NCBI GenBank assembly: GCA_021159885.1
Contig: JAGHDO010000057.1
Span: 1,418-65,417, forward strand
Origin: Synergistota bacterium
GTDB lineage: Bacteria; Synergistota; GBS-1
Direction of reading: 5' to 3'
DNA length: 64,000 nt
How positions within the stretch are numbered: the stretch's first letter is position 1; each line of letters starts with the position of its first letter. The translations under genes were made by a program, and so were the position numbers. Positions 33,443 to 42,209 of the stretch are shown here, in pieces. The notes under the pieces are model-generated. The model ran no database searches. It was not told the DNA's origin and saw only the letters and a program-made list of their open reading frames with translations.

Positions 33443-34423
33443 TCAAATCATGTGGCAAGCTACGAGATGACCATCGCTTACTCTTTTAAGGCTGGGTTCC
33501 TTTCTCCCACATATTTCCTTTGCTAAAGGACATCTCGTGTGGAATCTGCAACCGGGTGGGGGATTCATAGGACTTGGGACATCTCCTCTGATAATCTTTT
33601 CCTCTACGCTTTCCCTCGTAATAGCGGGTTTGGGTATGCTTTTTAAAAGAGCCTGTGTGTAAGGATGAAGGGGATTTTCAAAAAGGGTCTTCTTGGGAGC
33701 ATATTCAACTATTTTCCCAAGATACATTACTGCTATTTTATGACTCATGTGTCTGATAACGCTCAGGTCATGGGAGATAAATAAATAGGATAGCTTTCTA
33801 TCTATTTGAAGCTTCTTAAGAAGGTTCAGTATTTGAGCTTGAACGGAAACATCAAGAGCAGATGTCGGTTCGTCTAACACAATAAATTCAGGGTTACAGA
33901 TAAGAGCTCTTGCTATTGCTATTCTTTGACGCTGTCCTCCCGAAAACTCATGAGGGTATCGGGAAAGGTGCTCTTCCTTTAAGCCTACTTCCTCAAGAAG
34001 CTCTAATACTTTCTTCTCCATATCTCTGTCATTCTTTGCCAAACCGTGAACCTTAAGTGGCCTTCCAACTATATCCTTAACTATCATTCGTGGGTTGAGC
34101 GAGGAGAACGGGTCCTGAAATACTATTTGAGCCTTCTGTCGGAAAATCTTCAGCTCTTCGCCCGTTAGCTTTGATAATTCCTTTCCTTTGAATTCGATGC
34201 TTCCGCTTGTTGGGTTAAGGAGGCCTATTACGAGAAGGCCAGTGGTGGATTTTCCACTTCCTGATTCGCCAACGAGCCCCAGCGTTTCTCCCTGTTCTAT
34301 GGAAAAGGAGATGCCGTCTACCGCTCTCACATAGCCAACTATTTTGCTAAAAATTATCCCTTTATCTATTGGGAAGTGCTTCACCAAATTATCTACCCTT
34401 AATATCGTATTCATGGCAGGCAA
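33443..34423 (-). CDS. dppF: Peptide ABC transporter ATPase (DppF/OppF)
   Basis: GESGSGKST, FSGGQRQR, DEPTSALD, PPGCRFHTRC. Confidence 0.93.
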   Translation of the reverse strand: MPAMNTILRVDNLVKHFPIDKGIIFSKIVGYVRAVDGISFSIEQGETLGLVGESGSGKSTTGLLVIGLLNPTSGSIEFKGKELSKLTGEELKIFRQKAQIVFQDPFSSLNPRMIVKDIVGRPLKVHGLAKNDRDMEKKVLELLEEVGLKEEHLSRYPHEFSGGQRQRIAIARALICNPEFIVLDEPTSALDVSVQAQILNLLKKLQIDRKLSYLFISHDLSVIRHMSHKIAVMYLGKIVEYAPKKTLFENPLHPYTQALLKSIPKPAITRESVEEKIIRGDVPSPMNPPPGCRFHTRCPLAKEICGRKEPSLKRVSDGHLVACHMI

Positions 34424-35369
34424 CTGTGTGTCCCCTTTCTACCTCAATAGGTTTTGGTTTTACCTTTTTGCATATATCCTTTGCAAGGGAACATCTGGGG
34501 TGAAACCTACATCCTGGCGGGGGATAGATCAGGTTGGGAACCGAGCCCGGAATGACTTCTAACCACTCCCTATCTTCATCCAAGCGGGGGATAGCGCCTA
34601 AGAGACCCTTGGTATAAGGGTGGAGGGGATTGTTGAATATGTCTTCTATGCTTCCGTACTCTACGATACTTCCAGCGTACATAACGCCCACTTTCTGGGC
34701 CATCGTAGCTATAACCCCAAGGTCATGGGATATTAGAAGAACGCTCGTTGAAAACTCTCTTTGAAGTCCCTTTATAAGTGAAAGTATTTGGGCTTGTATG
34801 GATACATCAAGAGCTGTAGTTGGCTCATCCGCTATAAGAAGCTTAGGACTCATTGAAAGCGCCATTGCTGTCATTACTCTTTGTCTCATGCCTCCGGAGA
34901 ACTGATGAGGATATCGTTCTATAGCTTGATCCACGTCTGGAATATTTACTTTTCTGAACATTTCTTTAACCCGGGCGATTCCCTCCTGAATTGAGATCTT
35001 AGCATGGGTTAAGATGGCTTCCAACACTTGGAAGCCCACTCTCAGGACGGGGTTAAGGCTGCTCATCGGATCCTGAAAGATCATGGCTATCTCTTTCCCT
35101 CTGAGCTTTCTCATTTCCTCCTCTGAAAGCTTGAGCAGGTCTTTACCTTCAAATAATATTCTTCCACCTATTATCTTTCCTGGAGGTGAGGGAATTAATC
35201 TTATTATGGATCTTGCGGTGACGGATTTGCCACACCCCGTCTCACCGACGAGTCCCATGATCTCTCCTCGGTTTATGGAGAAGCTAACGCCTTCAAGCGC
35301 TTTCACGACACCTTCTTCAGTATAAAAATATGTGGTGAGATTTTCCACTCTCAAGACTTCATCGCTCAT
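34389..35369 (-). CDS. dppD: Peptide ABC transporter ATPase (DppD/OppD)
   Basis: GETGCGKS, FSGGMRQR, DEPTTALD, HPYT. Confidence 0.93.
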   Translation of the reverse strand: MSDEVLRVENLTTYFYTEEGVVKALEGVSFSINRGEIMGLVGETGCGKSVTARSIIRLIPSPPGKIIGGRILFEGKDLLKLSEEEMRKLRGKEIAMIFQDPMSSLNPVLRVGFQVLEAILTHAKISIQEGIARVKEMFRKVNIPDVDQAIERYPHQFSGGMRQRVMTAMALSMSPKLLIADEPTTALDVSIQAQILSLIKGLQREFSTSVLLISHDLGVIATMAQKVGVMYAGSIVEYGSIEDIFNNPLHPYTKGLLGAIPRLDEDREWLEVIPGSVPNLIYPPPGCRFHPRCSLAKDICKKVKPKPIEVERGHTVACHEYDIKGR

Positions 35370-35376
35370 TTTTATA

Positions 35377-36228
35377 TCATTCCTTTAATCTCGGATTGAG
35401 GGCATCTTGGAGCCCATCTCCGAGAAGGTTAAATCCCAAAACGACAAACATTATTGCAAGTCCTGGGAGGACCGCTACTCTCGGAGCTATTCTAAGGTAC
35501 ATTCGTGCGTTGCTTAACATGGCACCCCATTCAGGCGTGGGGGGTTGGACTCCTAAACCGAGGAATCCCAATCCAGCTGCTGTTAAGAGAATGGTTGCCA
35601 TCCTGAGCGTTGTTTGAACTATTATAGGAGAGAGGGCATTGGGGAGAACATATAATCCTATTATAGAAAGATCGCTTTCTCCTATTGCCTTAGCTGCTTT
35701 TATATATTCGTTTTCCTTTATAGCTATAACTGCTCCTCTTGTAATCCTTGCAAATTGAGGGACAGAGTAGATTCCTATCGCTATTATTAGGTTTTTTAAG
35801 CTTGGGCCAAGAATACTTATTATCGCAAGTGCGAGAAGCATTCCGGGGAAAGCCAAAAGAATATCCATAAATCTCATTATGACTTCATCAAGCTTACCAC
35901 CATAGTATCCACCGATAGCTCCTAAGGCTACTCCTATTATCAGAGCTATAACTATTGAGCCAAGCTGGATGATAAGTGATATACGAGATCCATAAATTAT
36001 TCTGCTTAGGAGGTCTCTTCCAAACTCGTCGCAGCCGAAAGGATGCTCCCATGAAATTGGAGCAAAGCTCTTGCTTAGATCCTGCTTATAGGGGTCATAT
36101 GGCGCTATGTAGGGGCCTAATAGAGCCGTAAGGAGATAAAGCAATACTATAAAAAATCCCACGATCGCTATTTTATTTCTCTTGAATCTACGCCATACTA
36201 TCAAAAGATGCGTTCTGCGCTTATTCAT
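35377..36228 (-). CDS. dppC: Peptide ABC transporter permease (DppC)
   Basis: HPFGCDEFGRD, EAA-like YIKAAKAIG, GFLGLG, PEWG. Confidence 0.93.
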   Translation of the reverse strand: MNKRRTHLLIVWRRFKRNKIAIVGFFIVLLYLLTALLGPYIAPYDPYKQDLSKSFAPISWEHPFGCDEFGRDLLSRIIYGSRISLIIQLGSIVIALIIGVALGAIGGYYGGKLDEVIMRFMDILLAFPGMLLALAIISILGPSLKNLIIAIGIYSVPQFARITRGAVIAIKENEYIKAAKAIGESDLSIIGLYVLPNALSPIIVQTTLRMATILLTAAGLGFLGLGVQPPTPEWGAMLSNARMYLRIAPRVAVLPGLAIMFVVLGFNLLGDGLQDALNPRLKE

Positions 36229-37138
36229 ATCTTATCCTCGGATCAAGGAATGCATAAAGTATATCAACGGCTAAATTTACCAGAACGAAAATCATGGCTA
36301 TTATAAGTAAAGAGGCTTGAACCACTGGGAAGTCCCTTGCCAATATAGAATCTACCAGAAGCCTTCCTACGCCGGGCCAGGAGAAAACTGTTTCAGTTAG
36401 AACCGCTCCTGCAAGCATATATCCAAATTGCAGTCCAACTACCGTTACCGTCGGTATCAGAGCGTTTCTTAAAGCGTGTCGATATATAACTATCCTCTCT
36501 GGAAGTCCCTTTGCCCTTGCAGTGGTTATATAGTCTTGTCTCAAGACATCTAACATGCTTGATCGTGTCATGCGAGCTATTATGGCTGTGGACGCCGTTC
36601 CCAGAACGACGGCAGGTAGTATTATATGTCTGATACCGCCTATTCCTCCAGAGGGAAGTACTCCCAGCGTTACGGCAAAAAGGAGTATGAGTATAAGTCC
36701 CCACCAGAAAACTGGCATGGAAACGCCCATAAGGGCAGCTACCATACTTATATAATCTATCCAGGAATATCTATGGGTAGCGGAGAGAACCCCCGCTGGT
36801 ATACCTATTAGCACCGCTATTAGAATGCTTGCTAAGGAGAGCTTTATAGTATTTATAATTCTGGGCCACATTACTTGCATGACCGGCATCTCGAATTTAA
36901 GTGAGATGAGCTCTCCAGTGAAGATTCCCTTGATGAATCTAAAGTATTGAACGTAAAGAGGTTTATCCAACCCAAATTGCTGCCTTATGTGCATTATGTC
37001 CTCCTGTGTGGCTTCCTCTCCCGCGAGAAGCTCAGCAGGATCCCCGGGAGCCAGATGGAGTATGAGAAAGGCTATTATGGAAACGCCTATTAGAACGGGT
37101 ATTAGCAGGAAGAGCCTTCTTAATATGAATCTTCCCAT
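36221..37138 (-). CDS. dppB: Peptide ABC transporter permease (DppB)
   Basis: PGDPA, DYITTARAKG, ETVFSWPGVG, DPRIR. Confidence 0.93.
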   Translation of the reverse strand: MGRFILRRLFLLIPVLIGVSIIAFLILHLAPGDPAELLAGEEATQEDIMHIRQQFGLDKPLYVQYFRFIKGIFTGELISLKFEMPVMQVMWPRIINTIKLSLASILIAVLIGIPAGVLSATHRYSWIDYISMVAALMGVSMPVFWWGLILILLFAVTLGVLPSGGIGGIRHIILPAVVLGTASTAIIARMTRSSMLDVLRQDYITTARAKGLPERIVIYRHALRNALIPTVTVVGLQFGYMLAGAVLTETVFSWPGVGRLLVDSILARDFPVVQASLLIIAMIFVLVNLAVDILYAFLDPRIRYE

Positions 37139-37151
37139 AAGATCACTCCTC

Positions 37152-38315
37152 CTATGGCAGTAGCAAAGCTATAGTTGCATTTATTCCCATACCTATTTTA
37201 AGAGCTTCCTCATTTGGAGCGAATTTTGAGTTATGGAGTGGATAGCTTGGTCCTACTCCTATTCTATAGAAGGATCCTTTAGTTTTCCTGAGATAGTAGG
37301 CGAAGTCCTCTCCTCCCATCGAGGGATGCTCTATCTCTATAACATTTTCGTCTCCTAAGAAAATTTTTCCGGCTTGGGTAACCTTATCTGTTATCTCTGG
37401 ATCATTTATTACGGAGGGATAACCAAGCTCTATCTCAACCTGCGCTTTTGCTCTAAAGGTAGATGCTATTCCCTCGGCTACGCTTTTTAAGCGGTTTAAA
37501 GCCTTTTCTCTGTTTCTCTCCCCAAGCGTTCTAATGGTGCCTTCCATTATAGCTTCGCTTGGGATTACGTTCCCTGCTTTGCCTGCTCTGATGGATCCCA
37601 CGGTTATAACCGTGGGATCCATGGGGGATATTTCTCTTGCGAGAAGGGTATAAAGGCCAAGCGTTATATGAGAGGAAACAGCTACGGGATCGATTGTTTC
37701 CTCGGGCCTTGCACCGTGTCCTCCCGCTCCTTGAATGATTATTCTGAATGAGTCGGCGTTTGCCGTCATTACTCCTTTCCTATAACCGATTTTTCCGAAG
37801 GGGATGTTGGGGAAGAGATGCTGTCCGATGATGTATTCTATTCCAAACTTCTCTATTAAGCCGGCTTCAGTGAGTATTTTTCCTCCAAAGCCTCCTTCTT
37901 CTCCTGGTTGAAATACCAGAACGACTTTTCCCTTAAGGCTCTCCTTAAGCTCGCTTAGTATATACGCAAGTCCTATCAAAATCGCGGTGTGAAAATCATG
38001 TCCGCAGGCATGCATTACTCCATCTATCTTCGAACTATAGGGGAGCCCTGTTTCTTCCTTTATAGGTAGTGCGTCCATGTCTGCTCTGAATGCTCTTGTT
38101 GGACCATCTTTCTTTCCCTCAAGAATGCCTATTACAGCGGTAGTATCAGCGAAGCTGGATAGAGTTTGCCAACCGACTTTTTGAAGCTCTGAGGCTACAA
38201 TCTTTGAGGTTTCATACTCCTGAAGCCGTAGCTCTGGGTGTTCATGTATCTTTCTTCTCACTTCTACCACGTGGGGATAGATTTCATCGATCTTTTCTTT
38301 TATCCTTTCCATCAT
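37152..38315 (-). CDS. M20D family amidohydrolase / carboxypeptidase
   Basis: HEHPEL, RADMDALP, MHACGHD, FQPGEE, GGHGA, GEDF, LHN. Confidence 0.94.
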   Translation of the reverse strand: MMERIKEKIDEIYPHVVEVRRKIHEHPELRLQEYETSKIVASELQKVGWQTLSSFADTTAVIGILEGKKDGPTRAFRADMDALPIKEETGLPYSSKIDGVMHACGHDFHTAILIGLAYILSELKESLKGKVVLVFQPGEEGGFGGKILTEAGLIEKFGIEYIIGQHLFPNIPFGKIGYRKGVMTANADSFRIIIQGAGGHGARPEETIDPVAVSSHITLGLYTLLAREISPMDPTVITVGSIRAGKAGNVIPSEAIMEGTIRTLGERNREKALNRLKSVAEGIASTFRAKAQVEIELGYPSVINDPEITDKVTQAGKIFLGDENVIEIEHPSMGGEDFAYYLRKTKGSFYRIGVGPSYPLHNSKFAPNEEALKIGMGINATIALLLP

Positions 38316-38325
38316 AACATATGAT

Positions 38326-38355
38326 ATTATATAGCCTTGATAAAAATATTGTCAA
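38326..38355 (-). promoter_or_regulatory. Consensus sigma70 promoter for the amidohydrolase-dpp-iadA operon
   Basis: TTGACA-N18-TATAAT on the minus strand, ending 10 nt before the ATG. Confidence 0.7.
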
Positions 38356-38386
38356 CCGCCTAAAGGTAGATCGGAATTAGAGGGGA

Positions 38387-38884
38387 TTAGCTACTTTTTA
38401 CGAATCTGCCGTCGTCCTTGACTTCTGGGAGCTTGTGAACGTTTTCTTCTAACCAACCTGCTCTTTCGACTGCTCTGATATCAAACTCTGGTACGTATGG
38501 TTTTATATCAAGTAGAGGAGTTCCATCAACGATGTCAACGTCTTCAACCTGGAGCACGTTTCCGTTAAAATCAACGAGCTTTACTATTGAGAGACCAATG
38601 GGGTTTGGCCTACTGGGAGCACGGGTGGCGAAGACACCGTGCTCTTTATCGTCCATATATGGTTTGACGAGGAGCTTTCCGCGCTTTGCAAGATGGAAAT
38701 GGTAGATTAAGATGATATGTGAAAATCCCTCAAGATCCTTCAATCCAGCTGCATATTCGGGAAAGACCTCAACGGTTCCCCTGATTCCCTTTGCTGCAGA
38801 AGGTTGTATTGGAACGCCTTTGGGTTTCCTAAAGGGGCTATGTATTATGCCGATCGGCTTATAGTAAATCTCCATACATATCAC
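38387..38884 (-). CDS. trmO: TrmO/TsaA tRNA (m6t6A37) methyltransferase (copy 2)
   Basis: KPIG, GFSHI..YHFH, GVFATRAPSRPNPIGLS, DGTPLLDIKPY. Confidence 0.92.
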   Translation of the reverse strand: MICMEIYYKPIGIIHSPFRKPKGVPIQPSAAKGIRGTVEVFPEYAAGLKDLEGFSHIILIYHFHLAKRGKLLVKPYMDDKEHGVFATRAPSRPNPIGLSIVKLVDFNGNVLQVEDVDIVDGTPLLDIKPYVPEFDIRAVERAGWLEENVHKLPEVKDDGRFVKSS

Positions 38885-38924
38885 CAGCCTTCCTTAGTAA
38901 GCTGTTCTGGATCCCCCTTTGGAA

Positions 38925-38953
38925 AGGTTAGCTTTTTTCTCATAATTTGTCAA
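38925..38953 (-). promoter_or_regulatory. Putative promoter of trmO copy 2
   Basis: TTGACA-N17-TAACCT. Confidence 0.5.
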
Positions 38954-38974
38954 ATTGATTTAGTTTGCGACATA

Positions 38975-39012
38975 AAAAAATAGGGAAGGCTTTAAAACCT
39001 TCCCTATTTTTT
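38975..39012. terminator. Terminator after the gltX-tRNA operon
   Basis: AAAAAATAGGGAAGG-N8-CCTTCCCTATTTTTT. Confidence 0.85.
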
Positions 39013-39021
39013 ATCTTTTTA

Positions 39022-39097
39022 TGGCAGCCCCTGCGGGATTTGAACCCGCGTCGTCGGACTGAGAACCCGACATCCTAGGCCGCTAGACGAAGGGGCC
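39022..39097 (-). tRNA. tRNA-Glu(CTC)
   Basis: GGCCCCT...TCGGG-TT-CTC-AG-TCCGA...GGTTCAAATCC...AGGGGCT-G-CCA. Confidence 0.97.
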
Positions 39098-39117
39098 ACC
39101 TCATTAGCTTTATTATA

Positions 39118-39192
39118 TGGCTGGGGAAGGAGGACTCGAACCTCCACGCCGGGATCCAGAGTCCCGTGTCCTGCCACTTAGACGATTCCCCA
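39118..39192 (-). tRNA. tRNA-Gln(CTG)
   Basis: TGGGGAA...CGGGA-CT-CTG-GA-TCCCG...GGTTCGAGTCC...TTCCCCA-G-CCA (U1-A72). Confidence 0.97.
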
Positions 39193-40461
39193 GCGCCTTA
39201 TTCTTTCAATCGTTCTTTTCTTACCAAGAACTTCCATTACCTCAAATAGGGGAGGTGTTACCTTCTTTCCGCTAATTGCTACTCTTATAGCTTGGGCGAT
39301 ATACTTTAGCTTAATGCCCTTCTTCTCGGCGAAAGCTCGTAAACAAACCTCTATATTTTTAGCTTCAAAAGATTTTATACTTTCTAATTCCTCTGCTACC
39401 TCCCTCAGGAGATCTTCCTTACCTCTGATCTCCTGCTCCACGAGCATTTTATCATAAGTCGGTTCCTTTTTCAAGAAGTAATCGCTAAAATCAGCAAGCT
39501 CTACTAAGGTTTTGCATCTTTCTTTTATCAAATCTATTATCTTCATAAGATAACCCTTATCGAGCTCTTCATCTTTGCTGATCCATCCTCTTTCTTCCCA
39601 GAATGGCAGAACAAGATCGTAAAGCTTATCAGCTGGGGTTTTCCTTATATATTGTGCGTTCATCCATTCGAGCTTTTTCATATCGAATACAGCTCCTCTT
39701 TTTATGACCCTTTCTAAGGAGAATAACTCTATAAGTTCTTCTCGCGAGAAAATTTCTCTATCTAATCCCGGATTCCATCCAAGCAAGGCAAGGTAATTAA
39801 AGAAAGCGTCCGATAGGAAACCAAGCTTTCTATATTCTGCCACAGAGGTAGCGCCATGTCTCTTGCTTAGCTTTGATTTATCAGGTCCAAGAATCATGGG
39901 AAGATGAGCAAATTGTGGGAGCTCCCATCCGAGAGCTTGGTATAAAAGGATCTGCTTGGGAGTATTGGCTATGTGATCTTCTCCTCTTATGACATGTGTT
40001 ACTCCCATTTCATGGTCATCTACTACGACAGCGAAGTTGTAAGTTGGAGTTCCATCGGATTTTATCATTACGATGTCCTTAAGTGTTTCGTTCTTGATGG
40101 TGATCTTTCCCCAGACTATATCATCCAGTGTGGTTTTGCCTTCTGGAATTTTGAATATTAGTGCGCCATTTTCCTCGTAGCCCTTTCCCTCAGAGACGAG
40201 TTTTTCCGCATATTTTCTGTATATATCCAGCCTTTCACTTTGCCTATGAGGGCCCTCATCCCAGGTAAGCCCAAGCCAGGTCAAGCCCTCCAAAATGGTT
40301 TCTTCCGCTTCTTTTGTTGATCTTAGTCTATCACTATCCTCTATACGCAAAATAAAAATGCCCTTTTTATTTCGGGCGAATAGCCAATTAAAGAGAGCCG
40401 TTCTCGCTCCTCCGACATGAAGGGCCCCCGTGGGGCTGGGAGCGAACCTGACTCTGACCAC
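39178..40461 (-). CDS. gltX: Glutamate--tRNA ligase (compact form)
   Basis: RVRFAPSPTG, HVGG, RIED, YNFAVVVDD, IRGEDH, KLSKRHG, anticodon domain with TPPLF. Confidence 0.97.
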   Translation of the reverse strand: MVRVRFAPSPTGALHVGGARTALFNWLFARNKKGIFILRIEDSDRLRSTKEAEETILEGLTWLGLTWDEGPHRQSERLDIYRKYAEKLVSEGKGYEENGALIFKIPEGKTTLDDIVWGKITIKNETLKDIVMIKSDGTPTYNFAVVVDDHEMGVTHVIRGEDHIANTPKQILLYQALGWELPQFAHLPMILGPDKSKLSKRHGATSVAEYRKLGFLSDAFFNYLALLGWNPGLDREIFSREELIELFSLERVIKRGAVFDMKKLEWMNAQYIRKTPADKLYDLVLPFWEERGWISKDEELDKGYLMKIIDLIKERCKTLVELADFSDYFLKKEPTYDKMLVEQEIRGKEDLLREVAEELESIKSFEAKNIEVCLRAFAEKKGIKLKYIAQAIRVAISGKKVTPPLFEVMEVLGKKRTIERIRRWGIV

Positions 40462-40463
40462 CT

Positions 40464-40805
40464 TTATTTCCTCCCCGCTTTGCTCAGCTTTTTCTCACAC
40501 TCTATACATCTTTCAGCAAATGGAACAACTTCTAATCTCTCCTCGCTTATCTCTCTTCCACAATCAACGCATAAGCCATAGGTTCCCTTTTCAAACCTTT
40601 TTAAGGCTCTTTCAACTCTCTTTAACGTTTTTTCCGCTTCTTCCTTCTCTCTGAAGAGCGAATCCATCTCATTCATGTAGTTTGCTACATCTACTTCTTC
40701 TGAACCTATGTCTCGAGGTCCTTCCTTTTCTATTGCCTTAATTCTCTTAGTGAGCGTTTCTTTCATCTCCTCAAGACGTTTCTTAAAGCGAGATAGATCC
40801 CTCAT
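40464..40805 (-). CDS. TraR/DksA family C4 zinc-finger protein
   Basis: Coiled coil with EEVDVA tip, GTYGLCVDCG.EI...RL..VP.A.RCIEC. Confidence 0.9.
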   Translation of the reverse strand: MRDLSRFKKRLEEMKETLTKRIKAIEKEGPRDIGSEEVDVANYMNEMDSLFREKEEAEKTLKRVERALKRFEKGTYGLCVDCGREISEERLEVVPFAERCIECEKKLSKAGRK

Positions 40806-40904
40806 TTTTTCACCCCTTATCTTTTAAAGACTTTTAAAGATTATAAAACCATCTTTATGATAAAATCAAGTCTGTGGAACGAAAATTTTAAGGAGGTTTT
40901 GTCT

Positions 40905-42188
40905 ATGTCCCTTAAGGGTATGGTTGAGAATATAGTGGGCACGGATAATGTGAGGGAGCTGGAAGGTGGAGGAGTGCTTGTTGAACCTGAAACGATAGAT
41001 GAGATCAGAAATATCATCAAAGTTGCAGCTGAGAAGGGTTATAAAATCTTTCCTCGCGGATCGGGAACGGATGTGGAAGGTAAGATTAATAGTGATATAG
41101 TACTTTCCACTTTAAAGTTACGAAAGATCCTCAGAGTGGATGAGACAAACATGCTTATTGAGGTTGAGGCAGGTACGATAGTAAGCGATCTTATCTCTGC
41201 TCTTGTTAAAGCGGATCTATTTCTTCCGTGTAGTCCAACGAGTGCTGGATTCTCTACGATAGGAGGAAGTATCGCTACTAACGCTGTTGGTTTAAGAGCC
41301 TTAAAACACAGGTTTATGGGAGGATATGTTGTTGGAATAGAGGTTGTGCTTCCAGATGGAGAAACGGCAGCCCTCGGGTATCGTGATCTGGGGCGAATGG
41401 CCTGTGGGATAGAGAAGCTCTTTGTGGGGACAAGAGGTGCTTTTGGAATTATTTCAAAGGTTTGTCTTAAGGTTGTTCGTAAACCCTTATTTATTAGAAC
41501 GTTAGTCATAGCTTTTGAGGATATCTTAAGCGCTGGGCGGGTCGCTCTTAATATTGTGTCTACTGGCATAATGCCGTTTAGCTTGGAACTCCTTGATTCG
41601 AATAGTCTTGATATTGTTGGAGGGAGCTTCGATTTTCCCCGGGGAAGTGGAGCTATCTTAATTGTTGAAACGGAGGGATTTCCAGATGCGGCTATAATGG
41701 ACGCTAAGAGAATTATGAAAATGGGCGAAGATGGTGGGGCTCTTTATCTTAAAGTCTTGGAGAATTTGGAAGAGTGGCACCACATATGGAAGCTCAGAAG
41801 AGGAATTTTCAGATCTGTAGTGTATTCCCAAACTCCTTTTTTGTTTGAGAACGTGGTCGTGCCACGTTCCTCTTTAATAAGCCTATGTGAGGGAATTATA
41901 GGTATTCTTCGTAAAACCGGAGCTAAGAGCACTGTTTTTGGACATATTGGGGATGGAAACTTGCATATCTGCTTTTTAGAAGGGAGCGCTGAGCAAATTT
42001 CTCAAGCTTCTAAGGAGCTTCACGCCTTAGTAAAGCGTCTTAATGGGACAGTGTTGAGAAGAAGAGGAAGGTTGATTGGAAGGGCGACCCTTTTGCAAGA
42101 TGACGATCGAGCGCAAATAATGAGACGTCTTAAAGACGCTTTGGATCCTAAGGGCGTTATAAGCTCTGAGCCTGTATTTATGTTATAA
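40905..42188 (+). CDS. GlcD-like FAD-binding oxidoreductase (degenerate C-terminal motif)
   Basis: PRGSGT, STIGGSIATNA, GTRGAFG, GHIGDGNLH, DPKG; start ATG 40905 after AAGGAGG. Confidence 0.85.
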   Translation: MSLKGMVENIVGTDNVRELEGGGVLVEPETIDEIRNIIKVAAEKGYKIFPRGSGTDVEGKINSDIVLSTLKLRKILRVDETNMLIEVEAGTIVSDLISALVKADLFLPCSPTSAGFSTIGGSIATNAVGLRALKHRFMGGYVVGIEVVLPDGETAALGYRDLGRMACGIEKLFVGTRGAFGIISKVCLKVVRKPLFIRTLVIAFEDILSAGRVALNIVSTGIMPFSLELLDSNSLDIVGGSFDFPRGSGAILIVETEGFPDAAIMDAKRIMKMGEDGGALYLKVLENLEEWHHIWKLRRGIFRSVVYSQTPFLFENVVVPRSSLISLCEGIIGILRKTGAKSTVFGHIGDGNLHICFLEGSAEQISQASKELHALVKRLNGTVLRRRGRLIGRATLLQDDDRAQIMRRLKDALDPKGVISSEPVFML

Positions 42189-42209
42189 TCCTTCTTGAGG
42201 TGATGCCAA

